64,000 nt of DNA, taken from positions 192,001 through 256,000 of the forward strand of contig CAXXFK010000010.1 of the NCBI GenBank assembly GCA_963663965.2. The letters run 5' to 3'. This document shows positions 61,705-64,000 of the stretch, piece after piece. Source of the stretch: Sedimentisphaerales bacterium. Lineage in GTDB: Bacteria; Planctomycetota; Phycisphaerae; Sedimentisphaerales; SM23-30. Position numbers and translations under genes: made by a program. The notes beneath the pieces were generated by a model. The model had not been told where the DNA came from. It made no database searches and was given only the letters and a program-made list of their open reading frames with translations. Within the stretch, counting starts at the first letter, position 1, and every line of letters starts with the position of its first letter.

Positions 61705-62208
61705 ATGATTCAAGCTACCATTAAAACCAACCGGGGTGATATTAAACTGAAACTATTTGCCGACAAAACCCCGGTTACGGTTGCCAATTTTGTTAATCTC
61801 GCCCAGCGAGGCTTTTACAATGGAATAAAATTTCACCGGGTGATCGCCAACTTTATGATCCAGGCCGGATGCCCCCACGGGATCGGCACCGGAGGCCCCG
61901 GTTATCAATTTCAGGATGAGTTTGATCCTTCTCTCAAACACGACAAACCGGGCATTCTTTCCATGGCTAATGCCGGACCTGGCACCAACGGCAGTCAGTT
62001 TTTTATTACCCATGTCGAAACACCCTGGCTTGACAGGAAACATTCTGTTTTTGGACAGATTATGGAGCCAGCAGACCAGAAAGTCGTCGACAGTATCCGC
62101 CAGGGCGATAAAATCGAGACGATTGAGATCCTTGGCGACATCTCGGAACTTATGGAAAGCAATAAAGAGTTTATCGAAGCGTGCAACCAGATATTAGAAA
62201 ATAATTGA
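61705..62208 (+). CDS. Cyclophilin-type peptidyl-prolyl isomerase
   Basis: [38 protein letters not shown]. Confidence 0.96.
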   Translation: MIQATIKTNRGDIKLKLFADKTPVTVANFVNLAQRGFYNGIKFHRVIANFMIQAGCPHGIGTGGPGYQFQDEFDPSLKHDKPGILSMANAGPGTNGSQFFITHVETPWLDRKHSVFGQIMEPADQKVVDSIRQGDKIETIEILGDISELMESNKEFIEACNQILENN

Positions 62209-62346
62209 GCGCTTGATTTCTGATGCATATCAAAAAACAAACTCTAACTTTTACAAAATAAATTTGTGGGATTCTCCTGGGCATTTCGCCTGGTCAATTC
62301 CATTTCTATTCCAACAGGCGATTCTATCAATTACCGTCTATTGACG

Positions 62347-63291
62347 CTATAATTCATTCTGTATACGAATAAGCCCATCATAAATCATTTCTAATTCAGG
62401 CGTATCCACCTGTCTGGCCTGAGCCCTCCGAAGCGGTTCGCCAAATATCGATTCGATCTCCATCGGGCGCCCCTGTAAACGATCCAGATGCATCGAAGTA
62501 TAATAAGGCGCCATTTTTATCGTATTTGTCATCATGGCATCAAGAAATTCATCACTGATCTCCAGTTGATAAGCACGCGCGATATTCTGTATCTCCTTCA
62601 TTAGCCGCATGCATCGTTCCTGTAACGCCTGATCGCGAACGATCACATCCACTGTTTTATCCAGCCATGTCGACAAACCATTAAACGGCACATTCCAGAC
62701 CAGTTTTTTCCAGCGCGACAAGGCCAGATTCTCAACCACCTGACAATCAATATCACTTTGAATCATAATATCCGCAAAATCTCTAATTCGCTGATCTGAT
62801 TCTCGTAAATAATTGCCAATATGAATATGACCATAATCCAGATGTTCAATAACACCTGCTTCTGTTCGATTGGAACAGATAAAAGCCAATCCCCCGGCGA
62901 TTTGTTCGACGCAGAACAAACTCGCCAGTATTTCTTCATTCCCCAAACCATTTTGAGCGGTCAATATCAGAGTATTCGGTCCAGTCAAAGGGTGTATCAG
63001 AGATTCATAATTATCTTTTGCGGTGGTTTTCAGTCCAATAAAAACTACGTCCGATATTCCTATTTCATTAACATCCGTATAACATTTTACCTCTTTAAGG
63101 TAAAAATCCCCGCGACAACTTTTTACCCGTAAGCCACACCTCTTGACTATCTCATAATCCCTTCGCATCAGGAAATGGACGTTAAATCCGGCATATGCCA
63201 TTTTTGCCCCATAATACCCCCCCAGCGCCCCGCTTCCAACGATTGTAATTTTTGCTGTTTTTTTCATATTTTTAATTTTTTCTGATACCAA
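62347..63291 (-). CDS. panE: 2-dehydropantoate 2-reductase (ApbA/PanE family); alternative start ATG 63267
   Basis: GSGALGGYYG, QNGLG, WKKLVWN.PFN, TSMHLD, E.E.I.G. Confidence 0.85.
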   Translation of the reverse strand: MVSEKIKNMKKTAKITIVGSGALGGYYGAKMAYAGFNVHFLMRRDYEIVKRCGLRVKSCRGDFYLKEVKCYTDVNEIGISDVVFIGLKTTAKDNYESLIHPLTGPNTLILTAQNGLGNEEILASLFCVEQIAGGLAFICSNRTEAGVIEHLDYGHIHIGNYLRESDQRIRDFADIMIQSDIDCQVVENLALSRWKKLVWNVPFNGLSTWLDKTVDVIVRDQALQERCMRLMKEIQNIARAYQLEISDEFLDAMMTNTIKMAPYYTSMHLDRLQGRPMEIESIFGEPLRRAQARQVDTPELEMIYDGLIRIQNEL

Positions 63292-63444
63292 TTCAAAATT
63301 TATGACATGTTTATAATGTGGAGAAGTTGTTGCAGATATGTTAGTCCCTCCACCATCTATCTGGTACTACCATTCAGATTGCAATTACTTTTATCAGTAT
63401 TGATATTTACTATTAAATGCTTTGTATTAAAGGTATCGATTTTT

Positions 63445-63473
63445 TTGACAAGCATCATTTTATAGTATATACT
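63445..63473 (+). promoter_or_regulatory. Sigma70 promoter of dnaG
   Basis: TTGACA-17 nt-TATACT. Confidence 0.75.
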
Positions 63474-63554
63474 TACTTGTTTATAAAAAAACCAAGATTT
63501 TTTAGTGCTTAAACCAGACCCAAACTATAAATTTTAACCTGAAACTAGAGAAAG

Positions 63555-64000
63555 ATGTCGGGGAGTGCTGTGCCGGCATATTTTGAAGAAACGCATGTGC
63601 GTCAAATATTGCAAGCTGTTGATATCGTTGGACTTATCAGCAGCTATCTCTCGTTGAAACCACAAGGCAAAGATTTTGTGGGGCTTTGTCCATTTCATGA
63701 CGATCATCGTCCCAGTATGCATGTAAGCCCTTCCAAACAAATTTTCAAATGTTTTTCCTGTGGCGCAGGAGGCAATATTTTCCAATTTATGATGCTGCGT
63801 GAACGCTTAACCTTTCCTGAAGCTGTCAAACTGCTGGCTGAAAAGGCAGGAATTCAGTTACCCCAACGCCAGCAACCCACGGCAAAAGGACTGGACAGAA
63901 CTGACCTGGAAAAGGTCAACCGCTGGGCAGCTGATTTTTTCCGTCAATTGTTAATAAATCCCGTTACCGGCAAACGGGCTCGCAATTATGTAAAACAACG
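63555..64000 (+). CDS. dnaG: DNA primase, N-terminal part (runs off window; alternative start GTG 63570)
   Basis: Not in the ORF track. Reads ...VDIVGLISSYLSLKPQGKDFVGLCPFHDDHRPSMHVSPSKQIFKCFSCGAGGNIFQF (CHC2 zinc finger). Confidence 0.95.
   Translation, partial: MSGSAVPAYFEETHVRQILQAVDIVGLISSYLSLKPQGKDFVGLCPFHDDHRPSMHVSPSKQIFKCFSCGAGGNIFQFMMLRERLTFPEAVKLLAEKAGIQLPQRQQPTAKGLDRTDLEKVNRWAADFFRQLLINPVTGKRARNYVKQ

Noticed and set aside
1..64000. tRNA, rRNA or riboswitch
   Set aside because: None recognised by eye in the intergenic regions; a covariance-model scan would be needed to exclude them.

Overview
Bacterial window, most likely from a planctomycete of the Phycisphaerae/Sedimentisphaerales type. 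This is inferred from an ECF sigma/anti-sigma pair, sulfatases, LamG proteins, a PEP-CTERM protein and many C-terminal dockerin-like motifs. Left half (1-37.5 kb): a ~20 kb minus-strand surface-protein operon (PEP-CTERM protein, two paralogous tandem-repeat proteins and one ~3,690-aa giant split by three indels), then a sulfatase/LamG glycan-utilisation cluster. Right half: housekeeping genes (rpmE, prfA, hisH, prepilin peptidase, argG, pepF, mdh, nadE, ilvD, cyclophilin, panE-like, dnaG start). These are interrupted by an AT-rich accessory block (~46.6-56 kb) holding an IS3 inserted into a 40-aa-repeat gene that may be fused to a PD-(D/E)xK/Zn-finger nuclease, a DUF4145-like gene, nested REP-like repeats and an orphan Hcp. 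A 5'-truncated group IIC intron remnant lies after ilvD. The most unusual item is the Hcp (T6SS tube) homologue: it carries a Sec signal peptide and the same C-terminal dockerin-like tag found on seven other secreted proteins here. About nine single-base frameshifts, mostly in homopolymers and including two in argG, suggest long-read consensus errors. All family assignments come from motif recognition by eye; no database searches were run.
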